Shown here one piece after another: positions 9,855 to 17,508 of a DNA stretch of 37,108 bases. The notes beneath the pieces were generated by a model that saw only the letters and a program-made list of their open reading frames with translations, ran no database searches and had not been told where the DNA came from. Source of the DNA: a virus. Its lineage: Duplodnaviria; Caudoviricetes. Location of the stretch: the IMG/VR virus record IMGVR_UViG_3300044657_000533, positions 1-37,108 of that record. One strand, written 5' to 3'. The position numbers and the translations under genes were made by a program. Position 1 is the first letter of the stretch; the number at the start of each line of letters is the position of its first letter.

Positions 9855-10471
9855 TGACTACAGAAAATGATGTGACAATACACGAAAAACGCATAGACGA
9901 CCTGTACAAGAAGCATGATTCTTTAAGGGATGATGTGCGTTCACTTGCTCACACGATGGGCGAGATGCAAGTAGCGCAATCAAAGTCAGATGCAAAATTA
10001 GATTCGTTGCTCGACTCTCTGGCGGATATGAAATCATCACTAACCACAGAAGTCGGCGTGCGTGGTAAACATTTATTTTCACTCTTAACAATCGTGGTCG
10101 TTATCGCAGGGTTGTCAGGCAGTCTGATTAAGAACTCACTCGACTCAATGGAAAAATTACGTGACGCACAAGACAGAGAACTTGATGCTAAGCTTGGAGG
10201 CGTCAGTAAACTATCAGAAGAACGCAGTAGATGGATTGAAAAGTTACAAGATATTCAGAGAGACAATTTCCATGAACATACTGATGGTCACCCTTACTCT
10301 GTCATTGCTAAGTTTGAAGGGCTTGAAGCATTAGTGCATAACTTGATTGGTGATATTAAAGAGTCACGCAAGAATGACCTCCATACTGCATCTAATCGAT
10401 GGACTAGGGAGGATGAAATGCAATCTGAAAAGATGAAGACTGCTAAAGAGTTAAATGGAGGTAGTCAGTGA
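9854..10471 (+). CDS. Coiled-coil single-TM protein in the lysis cluster (holin-like/accessory)
   Basis: N-terminal coiled coil, TM segment HLFSLLTIVVVIAGLSG, directly upstream of the endolysin candidate. Confidence 0.6.
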   Translation: MTTENDVTIHEKRIDDLYKKHDSLRDDVRSLAHTMGEMQVAQSKSDAKLDSLLDSLADMKSSLTTEVGVRGKHLFSLLTIVVVIAGLSGSLIKNSLDSMEKLRDAQDRELDAKLGGVSKLSEERSRWIEKLQDIQRDNFHEHTDGHPYSVIAKFEGLEALVHNLIGDIKESRKNDLHTASNRWTREDEMQSEKMKTAKELNGGSQ

Positions 10472-10866
10472 AAAAACTCTTTATCAATAGAGATGATATG
10501 ACCGACACCTACACACTGGGTGAAATGTTCAACCATGACCGTGACTTCAAGGTTCAGACTATCGAACTGCCATGGGTTGATAACGAGAAAAGAATATCAT
10601 GTATCCCGGCTGGGTTATATTTATGCCAATTGGGAATGTACAACAAAGGTGGCTACCCAGCTTATGAGATAATGAATGTACCTGATAGAAGCGAAATTAA
10701 AATACATATCGCCAACTACCTAAAAGATATACTAGGCTGTATTGGCCTTGGGTTAACCCGTGATGCTACTGTCCCGGCGGTCTGGAATAGCAAGAAAGCA
10801 TTTAATCAATTCATGGATTACCTTGATGGCGACCCATTCTTTGAACTGGATATAAGGGAGCAATAA
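10468..10866 (+). CDS. DUF5675-like candidate endolysin
   Basis: TIELPW...SCIPAGLY...VPDRSEIKIHIAN...ILGCIGLG...SKKAF motifs. GTG start with GGAGG RBS. Confidence 0.8.
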   Translation: MKKLFINRDDMTDTYTLGEMFNHDRDFKVQTIELPWVDNEKRISCIPAGLYLCQLGMYNKGGYPAYEIMNVPDRSEIKIHIANYLKDILGCIGLGLTRDATVPAVWNSKKAFNQFMDYLDGDPFFELDIREQ

Positions 10867-10867
10867 T

Positions 10868-11377
10868 ATGGACTGGAAAGATATTGTTAAGAACGTAGCG
10901 CCTATCATTGGCGGCACTATCGGCGGACCATTTGGTGCGGCAGGGATGAAGTTTCTTGCTGGTAAGTTATTAGGTGACGAGAGTGCTTCGGAGCAGGACT
11001 TAGCCGATGCTGTACTTGGCGCATCCCCTGAACAGCTAATGCTTATTAAGAAAGCTGACCAAGAGTTCCAAGTAAAAATGCGTGAGCTTGGGTTCAAAGA
11101 AGAAGAGCTTCATATCAGGGACAGGGATTCCGCAAGGGGGCTAGCAGCGGCTCAGGGCATCATGCCACAGATGACGCTATCACTGGTCTATACTGTTGGT
11201 TATATCGCTGTCCTCTGGATATTTATCGCAGGTGATGTAACTATTGCTGAGAACATTAAGTCAGAGTTTAATATGGTTCTGGGTGTATTGACGGCAGCAC
11301 AGATACAGATTATGAATTTTTGGTTTGGTTCGTCATCCGGGTCAAAGCAAAAGACCGACCAGCTAGGTAAGAAATAA
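10868..11377 (+). CDS. Holin-like protein (3TM type)
   Basis: VAPIIGGTIGGPFG, DRDSAR, two C-terminal TM helices, FWFGSSSGSK. Confidence 0.75.
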   Translation: MDWKDIVKNVAPIIGGTIGGPFGAAGMKFLAGKLLGDESASEQDLADAVLGASPEQLMLIKKADQEFQVKMRELGFKEEELHIRDRDSARGLAAAQGIMPQMTLSLVYTVGYIAVLWIFIAGDVTIAENIKSEFNMVLGVLTAAQIQIMNFWFGSSSGSKQKTDQLGKK

Positions 11378-11691
11378 TGGGCCAGCAAGTAGAGCAGCAG
11401 ACCTACGAGTCAGGAACATACGCCTACGAGGAAGTAGAGGCCGTAGCATTACCACCACCTCCTACGTTTCAGGAGTTCAGTAACTTCTGGGCTATTGGTA
11501 TCGTGCCTATTATTCTTGCTTGGTTCGCATATAAGAGCCTTAAACTCAAGGTACAGGCACGAAACAGGGTGAAGCAGGAAAACATACGTCAGAAGATACA
11601 TAATGGCGAAATGGACGAAATAGACTGGGATGAGGCTGGTGATGAGACTATTATGAGCTTTGTCGGTGATAAACTTAAACGTAAGAAGTAG
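11377..11691 (+). CDS. Single-TM hypothetical protein
   Basis: FWAIGIVPIILAWFAY TM segment, coupled start. Confidence 0.65.
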   Translation: MGQQVEQQTYESGTYAYEEVEAVALPPPPTFQEFSNFWAIGIVPIILAWFAYKSLKLKVQARNRVKQENIRQKIHNGEMDEIDWDEAGDETIMSFVGDKLKRKK

Positions 11692-11700
11692 GAGAAGATC

Positions 11701-11940
11701 ATGGTTGGTAAAATACAGCAGAATTATGATAGAGAAGAGGCTGCAGCAGCCAAATACAAACGGTTAAAGCGTAACGGTTCCGACCCATACAGTCAGGCTG
11801 ATTCAATGTACTCTGAGCCAGCGCCGACTGCTACTGCAAGCAACGCTGATAAGGTTGCGGCTCGTAAAAAGAGAAAAGAGGGTTTAGGCAAGAAGCTATT
11901 CGGCAAGAGCCAAGACTATCTTGACTCTATAGGTGAGTAA
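11701..11940 (+). CDS. Hypothetical protein, last gene of the late arm
   Basis: AGGAG RBS, 79 aa, converges with the minus-strand block. Confidence 0.65.
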   Translation: MVGKIQQNYDREEAAAAKYKRLKRNGSDPYSQADSMYSEPAPTATASNADKVAARKKRKEGLGKKLFGKSQDYLDSIGE

Positions 11941-12111
11941 TTAAGCGGACCAGTATTTCTGTGGTGGTACTTCCTCACGAGTATCTTGCCACCACAGAAT
12001 GCCCTTCTCGTCCACTTCAATCTGCTTGAACCCGGCGCTTATAACGTCAAGGTCCAAGCTGTAGACGTATGCCGCCAGCAAAAGTATCGCTATAAAGTTA
12101 ATGTATTTCAT
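11941..12111 (-). CDS. Small protein with N-terminal hydrophobic helix (56 aa, not in ORF track)
   Basis: MKYINFIAILLLAAYVYSLDLDVISAGFKQIEVDEKGILWWQDTREEVPPQKYWSA, abuts the upstream gene. Confidence 0.6.
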   Translation of the reverse strand: MKYINFIAILLLAAYVYSLDLDVISAGFKQIEVDEKGILWWQDTREEVPPQKYWSA

Positions 12112-12112
12112 C

Positions 12113-12349
12113 TTAATTGGCCCCGCAAAAAGGGTTGCCCCCAGTGATTAAAAATCGTTCAACATCATCCCGGTCAGCATCAAACTCACCGATGTAATTA
12201 TAGTCATGGTCGTAAGCGACAAACTCAACGCACTCGTTGCCCGGATATATTGACAGTGAGCCAACATCCTTTGCTGACAGGGTTGAGAATAGGTCAACGA
12301 TACGACCTTGATGTTTTTCAATGCTAGATATTAGTAAAGATGCGTTCAT
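12113..12349 (-). CDS. Early hypothetical protein
   Basis: ACACGGAG RBS and its own promoter immediately upstream. Confidence 0.75.
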   Translation of the reverse strand: MNASLLISSIEKHQGRIVDLFSTLSAKDVGSLSIYPGNECVEFVAYDHDYNYIGEFDADRDDVERFLITGGNPFCGAN

Positions 12350-12375
12350 TTTATTGCTCCGTGTGTTTAAAAGAT

Positions 12376-12418
12376 AAGCTATCTTGACACAGGCAAATTA
12401 GGAATGCAAAGGGTTCTT
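12376..12418 (-). promoter_or_regulatory. Leftward sigma70-like promoter with two AAG-N4-CTT sites
   Basis: TTGCAT-17-(TGT)CAAGAT on the minus strand. Sites AAGCTATCTT 12376-12385 and AAGGGTTCTT 12409-12418. Confidence 0.6.
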
Positions 12419-12438
12419 GACAAAAATATTGAGAAAAA

Positions 12439-12527
12439 TGGCTCGACAGTAGTTTTTTGTTTACAGAACAAAGACATAACAATCATATTAAAGAATGTTA
12501 AAATTAAAAGATTGTACTGCCGAGCCA
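12439..12527 (-). ncRNA. Candidate small structured RNA or large-loop terminator
   Basis: 13-bp arms TGGCTCGGCAGTA / TACTGTCGAGCCA on the minus strand with one G-U pair, 63-nt AU-rich loop, followed by TTTTT. Confidence 0.4.
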
Positions 12528-12532
12528 GATTG

Positions 12533-12589
12533 TTATGAACCGTGGAACCCCTCGTCCTCTATAAACGTCTTTATACGCTCATCATTCAT
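12533..12589 (-). CDS. 18-aa micropeptide MNDERIKTFIEDEGFHGS
   Basis: Starts 1 nt after the upstream stop and is similar to the C-terminus of ORF 20512-20664. Confidence 0.4.
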   Translation of the reverse strand: MNDERIKTFIEDEGFHGS

Positions 12590-12590
12590 C

Positions 12591-12818
12591 CTACTTTAAT
12601 GCTTTAAGTGCGACCAACTTTGCCTCTTGGCACGTTTGGCAGCAACCGTTCTTGCTGATGGATACCAAAGCATCAGTCAGCGTTTTGATTGTTTCTTTGG
12701 CTGCGGCTAGTTCACGTTCTAAATTTCTAGCAAACTCAGTATTAACTACTGAATTATTAGGCCAATTATTAATCTCTGGCTTGCTTTCTTCATCTGTTCT
12801 TGGCGTATCACTCATCAT
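12591..12818 (-). CDS. Hypothetical protein (SDTPRTD...FARNLERELAAA type)
   Basis: Recurrent small phage protein pattern, C-terminal CCxxC. Confidence 0.7.
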   Translation of the reverse strand: MMSDTPRTDEESKPEINNWPNNSVVNTEFARNLERELAAAKETIKTLTDALVSISKNGCCQTCQEAKLVALKALK

Positions 12819-13003
12819 TTAATCTCCTCAACATAGTAGACAACTGCCTCAACCCTTTTCCTGCCAGAGTCATTGAACGGGGTCTTATAGAACAGCTTCT
12901 TTTTTGTTGCCTTTACGCTATTCGTGTGCAGGAAGCGCCTAGCCGTTGATAGCGATACGTTCTTTTGTTCGGCGTACTCCTTCGCTGTGTATCCGACTAA
13001 CAT
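12815..13003 (-). CDS. Small HTH-like DNA-binding protein
   Basis: TAKEYAEQKNVSLSTARRFL helix-turn-helix pattern. Confidence 0.6.
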   Translation of the reverse strand: MLVGYTAKEYAEQKNVSLSTARRFLHTNSVKATKKKLFYKTPFNDSGRKRVEAVVYYVEEIK

Positions 13004-13680
13004 ACGAAATTCAGCCTTTTGTATACTTTGCGAACAATCTCGACATCGCTTCGGTTGTATGTCTCGACATCAGCAATACGGCCTTCTTTAACCATACCCC
13101 AGACCATCGAGCCATCGATATCATCCTTACCCTCAATGCCTAGTGCTTTGGCTAGATTATCCAGAGATATCGTATCCCGGTAACCTTCCCAAGCTGACAT
13201 GGTGTCGTAGAAGTCGCTGCCGTGCCTACCGTGCTGGTTAAGTTTAAAGCCGGGATTAACACCCAGAATCACCGCACGTTGGAATAAGAACTTAAGGTCG
13301 AAGCCACTAATGTAGTGGCCCACGAAATAGGGTGAGATGCCTTTATCTGAGAACTCTGACAGCCCCAAGAATGCCGCCCTGAGCAATATATCCTCGGGCT
13401 CATCTAATGCGCGTGAGAATGACTGCACTGGATTGTCACCGACAGCGTAGGCTATCGATATAATTTCGCCAGAAGAGCCGCTAAATGACGTTTTTAGGTA
13501 CGTTTCATCGATAAGCGCATCCTTTGCCCCAGAATACTTTCCTAGGCCGTTATGCCAGTCTGAGATAGTCTCAGGCTTGGACATTGTGGCCGGGTGCTTA
13601 ATGGTTTTAGCTATCTCTGCCTTGGTAGCCTCTTCAGGCTGGGCTGGGATTGTCTCGATATCAATATAGACGTTGTTCAT
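12997..13680 (-). CDS. 3'-5' exonuclease, DEDD / PolB-exo-like
   Basis: ExoI YIDIET, ExoII GHYISGFDLKFL, ExoIII YNRSDV. Confidence 0.85.
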   Translation of the reverse strand: MNNVYIDIETIPAQPEEATKAEIAKTIKHPATMSKPETISDWHNGLGKYSGAKDALIDETYLKTSFSGSSGEIISIAYAVGDNPVQSFSRALDEPEDILLRAAFLGLSEFSDKGISPYFVGHYISGFDLKFLFQRAVILGVNPGFKLNQHGRHGSDFYDTMSAWEGYRDTISLDNLAKALGIEGKDDIDGSMVWGMVKEGRIADVETYNRSDVEIVRKVYKRLNFVC

Positions 13681-13865
13681 ACTCGGATGCCTCGCTTGGT
13701 TGCCATGTACATCGTTATAGATTCGCAGGGGGTTTCCTGTGAGTTAACCAGCCCCATCTCAACGAACCAATCCATCGCGTTATTCATTCGCACATCGTTG
13801 TCGTGTATCGTGACGAACCCGGTTTTTAATAATGCTTCCACTATATTTTTTTCAGATATATTCAT
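13677..13865 (-). CDS. Hypothetical protein
   Basis: 62-aa ORF in the early operon, overlapping start/stop with the next gene. Confidence 0.6.
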   Translation of the reverse strand: MNISEKNIVEALLKTGFVTIHDNDVRMNNAMDWFVEMGLVNSQETPCESITMYMATKRGIRV

Positions 13866-13867
13866 AC

Positions 13868-14557
13868 TTATACTCCAACTTTTATTTTGGTTGCTCGTTG
13901 CACAATGGTTTGCTTCTCACCATCACGCTCAGAGTGGTCTTTAATCTTGGCGAAAAAGGTCACAGAATCGCCCTTTTTAGCGCCTTTTAAGCTATTCCAG
14001 TAGATAACTACCCCATTGTCAGTATCGACACAGGTCATCACCCAAACGCCGTATACACCCTCACCAGCGGTAACGAATCGAACCGTGCCTGTTAACTCGA
14101 CACGCTCACCCACTTGGCCAATATGATTGCTGTTGGCTTTACGGTTACGCTCTGCAACTTTGTGAGCGTAAACCTCCTGCAGCGCCTTCAGGTTGTTTAT
14201 CTTGCGGCACTCAAGCGCCACCAATCTCTGGCGGTTCTTTTCAGCTAATTCCGCTGGTGATAATCTTGAGCTTTTAACGCTAAGGAAGCTGGCGCGTAAC
14301 TCAGGACTAACTTCCTGCTTATATGCTTTCTGGATGCAAGAGCTGCCCACTACAGAGCGTTTTCCCTCGGCGCTTACAATGTGATACTCGTAAGTAATTG
14401 CAGTGCCGCAATGATCACAGCTACCAAGAGACTGGCCAGCGTAACCGATGATCACGCCATGTTTATCTGGCAGACCCGATGACTTGTTTTCGGTAACGCC
14501 AACGCATTCAAATGGAGCGTTACCTAAACCTGATACTGTAAATGGGTGCTGTTTCAT
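13868..14557 (-). CDS. Zn-binding plus C-terminal OB-fold-like protein (start moved to ATG 14557)
   Basis: CDHCGTAI...VGSSCI; HIGQVGERV...AKIKDHSERDGEKQTIVQR. GAGG RBS before 14557, and the longer start lies inside the promoter. Confidence 0.7.
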   Translation of the reverse strand: MKQHPFTVSGLGNAPFECVGVTENKSSGLPDKHGVIIGYAGQSLGSCDHCGTAITYEYHIVSAEGKRSVVGSSCIQKAYKQEVSPELRASFLSVKSSRLSPAELAEKNRQRLVALECRKINNLKALQEVYAHKVAERNRKANSNHIGQVGERVELTGTVRFVTAGEGVYGVWVMTCVDTDNGVVIYWNSLKGAKKGDSVTFFAKIKDHSERDGEKQTIVQRATKIKVGV

Positions 14558-14575
14558 CTCAAAATCCTCGTTACT

Positions 14576-14628
14576 TGTAAGTGATAACGAATGATAAGCT
14601 GGCTTGACTATCCCTGTCAAGTAAACTT
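14576..14628 (-). promoter_or_regulatory. Leftward sigma70 promoter with two AAG-N4-CTT sites
   Basis: TTGACA-18-TATCAT. Sites 14596-14605 and 14619-14628. A 17-bp block TGTAAGTGATAACGAAT is identical to 16572-16588. Confidence 0.75.
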
Positions 14629-15046
14629 ATGTATTATTTTCTCCCTCTCCATTTTTAATGTGCCATTGACTGTGATGAGCAGCGCATAACCACCTGACAT
14701 TAAGCGGCTTCAGGTAGTCATCGTGGTGGGCATGAGTATCAGGTTCTCCACATACTTCACATGGCTCTCTAAACAACTCATTTCTAAACACCGCTTTTCT
14801 CACTGCTTGGTGCGCTCTATATTTATTCGGGTACTTTTCCTTGTACTCTTTGAGATACCCCACAGGCAACCTATTCCCCCTTTTACGATCATATTCTCTA
14901 ATCCTCTCTATATTTTCTTCCCTGTGAGTTTTTACGTCAGACTTTGTACAGCCCTTGCATTTATTTAAATGACCGTCAGCCATCTGCTTATGCTTATAAA
15001 AATCAGAGAGAGGTAATTCTCTCTGACATTTGAAACAAGTTTTCAT
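14627..15046 (-). CDS. Zn-finger / HNH-like protein
   Basis: CFKC...CKGC...CEVCG..THAHHDDYLKPLNVRWLCAAHH. Confidence 0.75.
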   Translation of the reverse strand: MKTCFKCQRELPLSDFYKHKQMADGHLNKCKGCTKSDVKTHREENIERIREYDRKRGNRLPVGYLKEYKEKYPNKYRAHQAVRKAVFRNELFREPCEVCGEPDTHAHHDDYLKPLNVRWLCAAHHSQWHIKNGEGENNT

Positions 15047-15114
15047 ATGATTGCCCTTTATTATTTGCATCCCAAGAGCGTAATACTAATTACCAGTATC
15101 TACAAGGGGTTTAG

Positions 15115-15525
15115 TTAAAAAGGAATATCCGAGTCTACAAAATCATCGCTAGCCTCTTGCGTGTTACTTTGTCTCTGAGGCGCTTCATTCTTTTTTGCTG
15201 GTGTGTCGCTGCCCTCTGACTTCTTACCCACTAGGTCTAAGCTATTTACATTACAGGCTAGGGTGGTTCGTGCGTTACCCTCTTTGTCGGTCCACTCCTG
15301 CATACTAAAATCACCTGATACCGCGACCTGCTGACCCTTGACTAGATAGTCGGGCAGCTCACCCTCGGCTCGTTTGCCCCATACCGCGCACTTCACCCAC
15401 GCCGTCCCCTCGTTCTTACCGAACCCGGTTCTAACGCCTACTGAAAAGTCGCACACGGTGTTTTCCCCTACGTGACGAACTTCCGCGTCCCGCCCTAAAT
15501 TTCCTGTAAAACTAATTATGTTCAT
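15115..15525 (-). CDS. ssb: Single-stranded DNA-binding protein
   Basis: GNLGRDAEVR, WVKCAVWGKRAE, KGQQVAVSG, acidic tail ending DIPF. Confidence 0.95.
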   Translation of the reverse strand: MNIISFTGNLGRDAEVRHVGENTVCDFSVGVRTGFGKNEGTAWVKCAVWGKRAEGELPDYLVKGQQVAVSGDFSMQEWTDKEGNARTTLACNVNSLDLVGKKSEGSDTPAKKNEAPQRQSNTQEASDDFVDSDIPF

Positions 15526-16130
15526 GATTGCTCCTCGTTAATGTCGGTTACTGTTAGTCGGTCTTTTGCTTCATCTTTTGCTGCTATAAATTGGTCTACA
15601 TAATGCTGGTTGTTCAGCGATTGCGCCCACTTAACAGCCGTGGTGAATGCTGCCTTTAATGCCTGTCCACCGGGAGCATCATCGATTAAGTCCAGATGTC
15701 TCTCGAACCCGGTCGTGTCTATTTGTGCTGGTGGCGCAGCTTCAGCGGCATTACCATCGTCATCACTGGGTGCTAATTGGAAAATAGCCATCAAACTCAC
15801 ACGCCTCCCATAAGTAGAGGCAGAGATTGCGCCCTGAGCGGTGTTTTTATCGACTGGGATGGGGCAGGGTTGTAATGCAAAAATATCACCTGACTCGTGA
15901 ACCAGAGTAGTTTGAACGGCTATCCCGCCCTCGGCCTCAACAATTTCCTGAAGCGGATATAACCCCGCTGCGTGACAGGCAGGTAGGATGGTGTCCAGAA
16001 CGGACTCAAGTGACGCGAATGTTGACTTAAAATGTGGGTTGGTGGAATCTTTCTTGACCTTCCCGGTGAGGGCGGCACACGCTTTTGCATACGCTACCAC
16101 CGCATTATTAACTTCTGTTTTAGCTACCAT
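15522..16130 (-). CDS. erf: ERF-family ssDNA-annealing recombinase
   Basis: KDSTNPHFKSTFASL, AQGAISASTYGRRVSLMAIFQLAPSDDDGN. Confidence 0.88.
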   Translation of the reverse strand: MVAKTEVNNAVVAYAKACAALTGKVKKDSTNPHFKSTFASLESVLDTILPACHAAGLYPLQEIVEAEGGIAVQTTLVHESGDIFALQPCPIPVDKNTAQGAISASTYGRRVSLMAIFQLAPSDDDGNAAEAAPPAQIDTTGFERHLDLIDDAPGGQALKAAFTTAVKWAQSLNNQHYVDQFIAAKDEAKDRLTVTDINEEQS

Positions 16131-16270
16131 CTTTTTTTCTCCACTGAGTCCAGCCAGATATTACAGGCTGGGTCATTACGTTGAATTATTTCAGGGTCAG
16201 TCTGTTCTTGTAACTCAAGTTCAGCCTGATGCGCCCATGATTGGCTGTCGTAATTTTCTTGCTCGTCCAT
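16124..16270 (-). CDS. 48-aa acidic protein (not in ORF track)
   Basis: MDEQENYDSQSWAHQAELELQEQTDPEIIQRNDPACNIWLDSVEKKRW, TAATG coupling. Confidence 0.6.
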   Translation of the reverse strand: MDEQENYDSQSWAHQAELELQEQTDPEIIQRNDPACNIWLDSVEKKRW

Positions 16271-16419
16271 TACTTTTTATCCTTAATGGTTTTCTCAACA
16301 AGCTCGACACCCGCTAACTTACCCTCAAGGTAGGCCGCGTTCAGTGCGGTTTTTAGTGTCAGGTGGCTCATTTCAAATTCGTTCTTATCCCACCATTCTT
16401 CAAAAGTTAATGCACTCAT
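16270..16419 (-). CDS. 49-aa hypothetical protein
   Basis: MSALTFEEWW..., GAGG RBS before 16419. Confidence 0.6.
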   Translation of the reverse strand: MSALTFEEWWDKNEFEMSHLTLKTALNAAYLEGKLAGVELVEKTIKDKK

Positions 16420-16420
16420 T

Positions 16421-16558
16421 TTAGTCTTCCTCTTTTCGTTTAAGTAATTCTGCAGCCAAGTCAGCGATGACAGCGTTAGCGTCATTGGCGTACTTGTTTA
16501 GGTAATTGATCTCAGCGTTTAAGTGGCTGACCTGTGCCTGATATTCTTCTTCAGTCAT
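16421..16558 (-). CDS. 45-aa coiled-coil-like protein (not in ORF track)
   Basis: MTEEEYQAQVSHLNAEINYLNKYANDANAVIADLAAELLKRKEED, GGGAG RBS, first gene after the 16572-16624 promoter. Confidence 0.65.
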   Translation of the reverse strand: MTEEEYQAQVSHLNAEINYLNKYANDANAVIADLAAELLKRKEED

Positions 16559-16571
16559 GTTGCTGCTCCCG

Positions 16572-16624
16572 TGTAAGTGATAACGAATTATAAGGCTACT
16601 TGGTTTTAAGTGTCAAGCATTCTT
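16572..16624 (-). promoter_or_regulatory. Leftward consensus sigma70 promoter with two AAG-N4-CTT sites
   Basis: TTGACA (16611-16616) -18- TATAAT (16587-16592). Sites 16592-16601 and 16615-16624. Confidence 0.8.
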
Positions 16625-16776
16625 TACAGGCTAATTAAGATGTAGGCAATAAAGGTAGCTGTTGCCAGTATCAAAATAACGTCCACTACCTTGTCGAGAT
16701 ATTCGTTCACTGACCCACCTCCTTCACGTTGTTGCCGATAGGTTTTGTGTGTGCGACCGTTTTTAGTAATTAACAC
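16624..16776 (-). CDS. Small membrane peptide with two in-frame GTG starts (50 aa or 28 aa)
   Basis: AAGGAG before GTG 16776 and AAGGAGGT before GTG 16710. TM segment VVDVILILATATFIAYILISL. Confidence 0.5.
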   Translation of the reverse strand: MLITKNGRTHKTYRQQREGGGSVNEYLDKVVDVILILATATFIAYILISL

Positions 16777-16789
16777 TTTGTGTCTCCTT

Positions 16790-16803
16790 GCCCCCGAAGG
16801 GGC
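16790..16803 (-). other. GC-rich UUCG hairpin in early intergenic region
   Basis: GCCCC-TTCG-GGGGC on the minus strand, no downstream U-tract. Confidence 0.6.
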
Positions 16804-16812
16804 TATTGGGGT

Positions 16813-17031
16813 TTAGATTTCGGTTGCTTTGCTTATTAATTTTTGAATCTCGCCTTGGTTGCATTTGCCGTACAGATAAGACCAACTGTAGCCGTAATCA
16901 TCATTGCTGCGTGATATAGATGCCTTGTATAAACCTTCTCTTTTTGGGTCAGCTACAATGGTAATCCTTGCTGTTGCGTCTTCTGTGCCACCGTTTAATT
17001 TTACTGGGTATTCGTATATGTAGCTTTTCAT
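16813..17031 (-). CDS. First leftward early gene, hypothetical
   Basis: ACGGAG RBS, follows the leftward promoter. Confidence 0.7.
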   Translation of the reverse strand: MKSYIYEYPVKLNGGTEDATARITIVADPKREGLYKASISRSNDDYGYSWSYLYGKCNQGEIQKLISKATEI

Positions 17032-17061
17032 GTTGCTTCTCCGTCCGGTTATTCAAAAGAT

Positions 17062-17148
17062 AAGCTACCTTATCATAGTGAATATCAATTGCAAAGGTTT
17101 CTTTACATTATTTTCAAGGCAAGTTAGGATTGCACCTCAACTTGACTT
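17062..17148. promoter_or_regulatory. Divergent control region (PL/PR-like) with up to four operator-like sites
   Basis: Leftward TTGCAA-16-(TGA)TAAGGT; rightward TTTACA (17102)-17-TAGGAT (17125). Perfect sites at 17062 and 17094, one-mismatch sites at 17116 and 17139. Confidence 0.7.
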
Positions 17149-17162
17149 ATGGAGCTTTATTT

Positions 17163-17345
17163 ATGAAAAAGATTAAACGAGTAATGACCCGGAAGAAGAT
17201 GGAAAAGATATTCGGCGGCATCCCAGCAGCAGCGAAGTTCTTTGAGATTGCCCCAGCAGCGGTATATATGTGGCCAGAGACAAAGCCTATTCCTGAGAAG
17301 CGGGAATTGCAGATGCGGGTGCTAATGCCTGAAGTATTTATGTAG
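17163..17345 (+). CDS. cro: Cro-like HTH regulator
   Basis: IFGGIPAAAKFFEIAPAAVYMWP...IPEKRELQM Cro/YdaS-type pattern. First rightward gene, GGAG RBS before ATG 17163. Confidence 0.78.
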   Translation: MKKIKRVMTRKKMEKIFGGIPAAAKFFEIAPAAVYMWPETKPIPEKRELQMRVLMPEVFM

Positions 17346-17371
17346 ACCAACGTAGCTTAATGCTATACAAT
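17343..17371 (+). promoter_or_regulatory. Rightward promoter upstream of the replication genes
   Basis: TAGACC-17-TACAAT, with a one-mismatch operator-like AACGTAGCTT in the spacer. Confidence 0.55.
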
Positions 17372-17375
17372 CAGT

Positions 17376-17483
17376 TTTGTCGGGTGAGGCTAATTACCTC
17401 CGAGGTTGTTTGTTTGTCTTTCGCAATTCATTCAAATATCCGCAGTACCAAAGATGCCCATTCATCTGCAGTAGCCCGACAAA
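17376..17483 (+). ncRNA. Candidate structured leader or small RNA before the initiator gene
   Basis: Closing stem TTTGTCGGGT/GCCCGACAAA, internal hairpins GAGG-N7-CCTC and AGATG-N6-CATCT. Confidence 0.45.
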
Positions 17484-17508
17484 TTCTTTACACTAATGGG
17501 AGTATCAA

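Noticed and set aside
15003-15026. Inverted repeat TCAGAGAGA-N6-TCTCTCTGA
   Set aside because: It is low-complexity, lies within a coding region, and has no U-tract or second copy.
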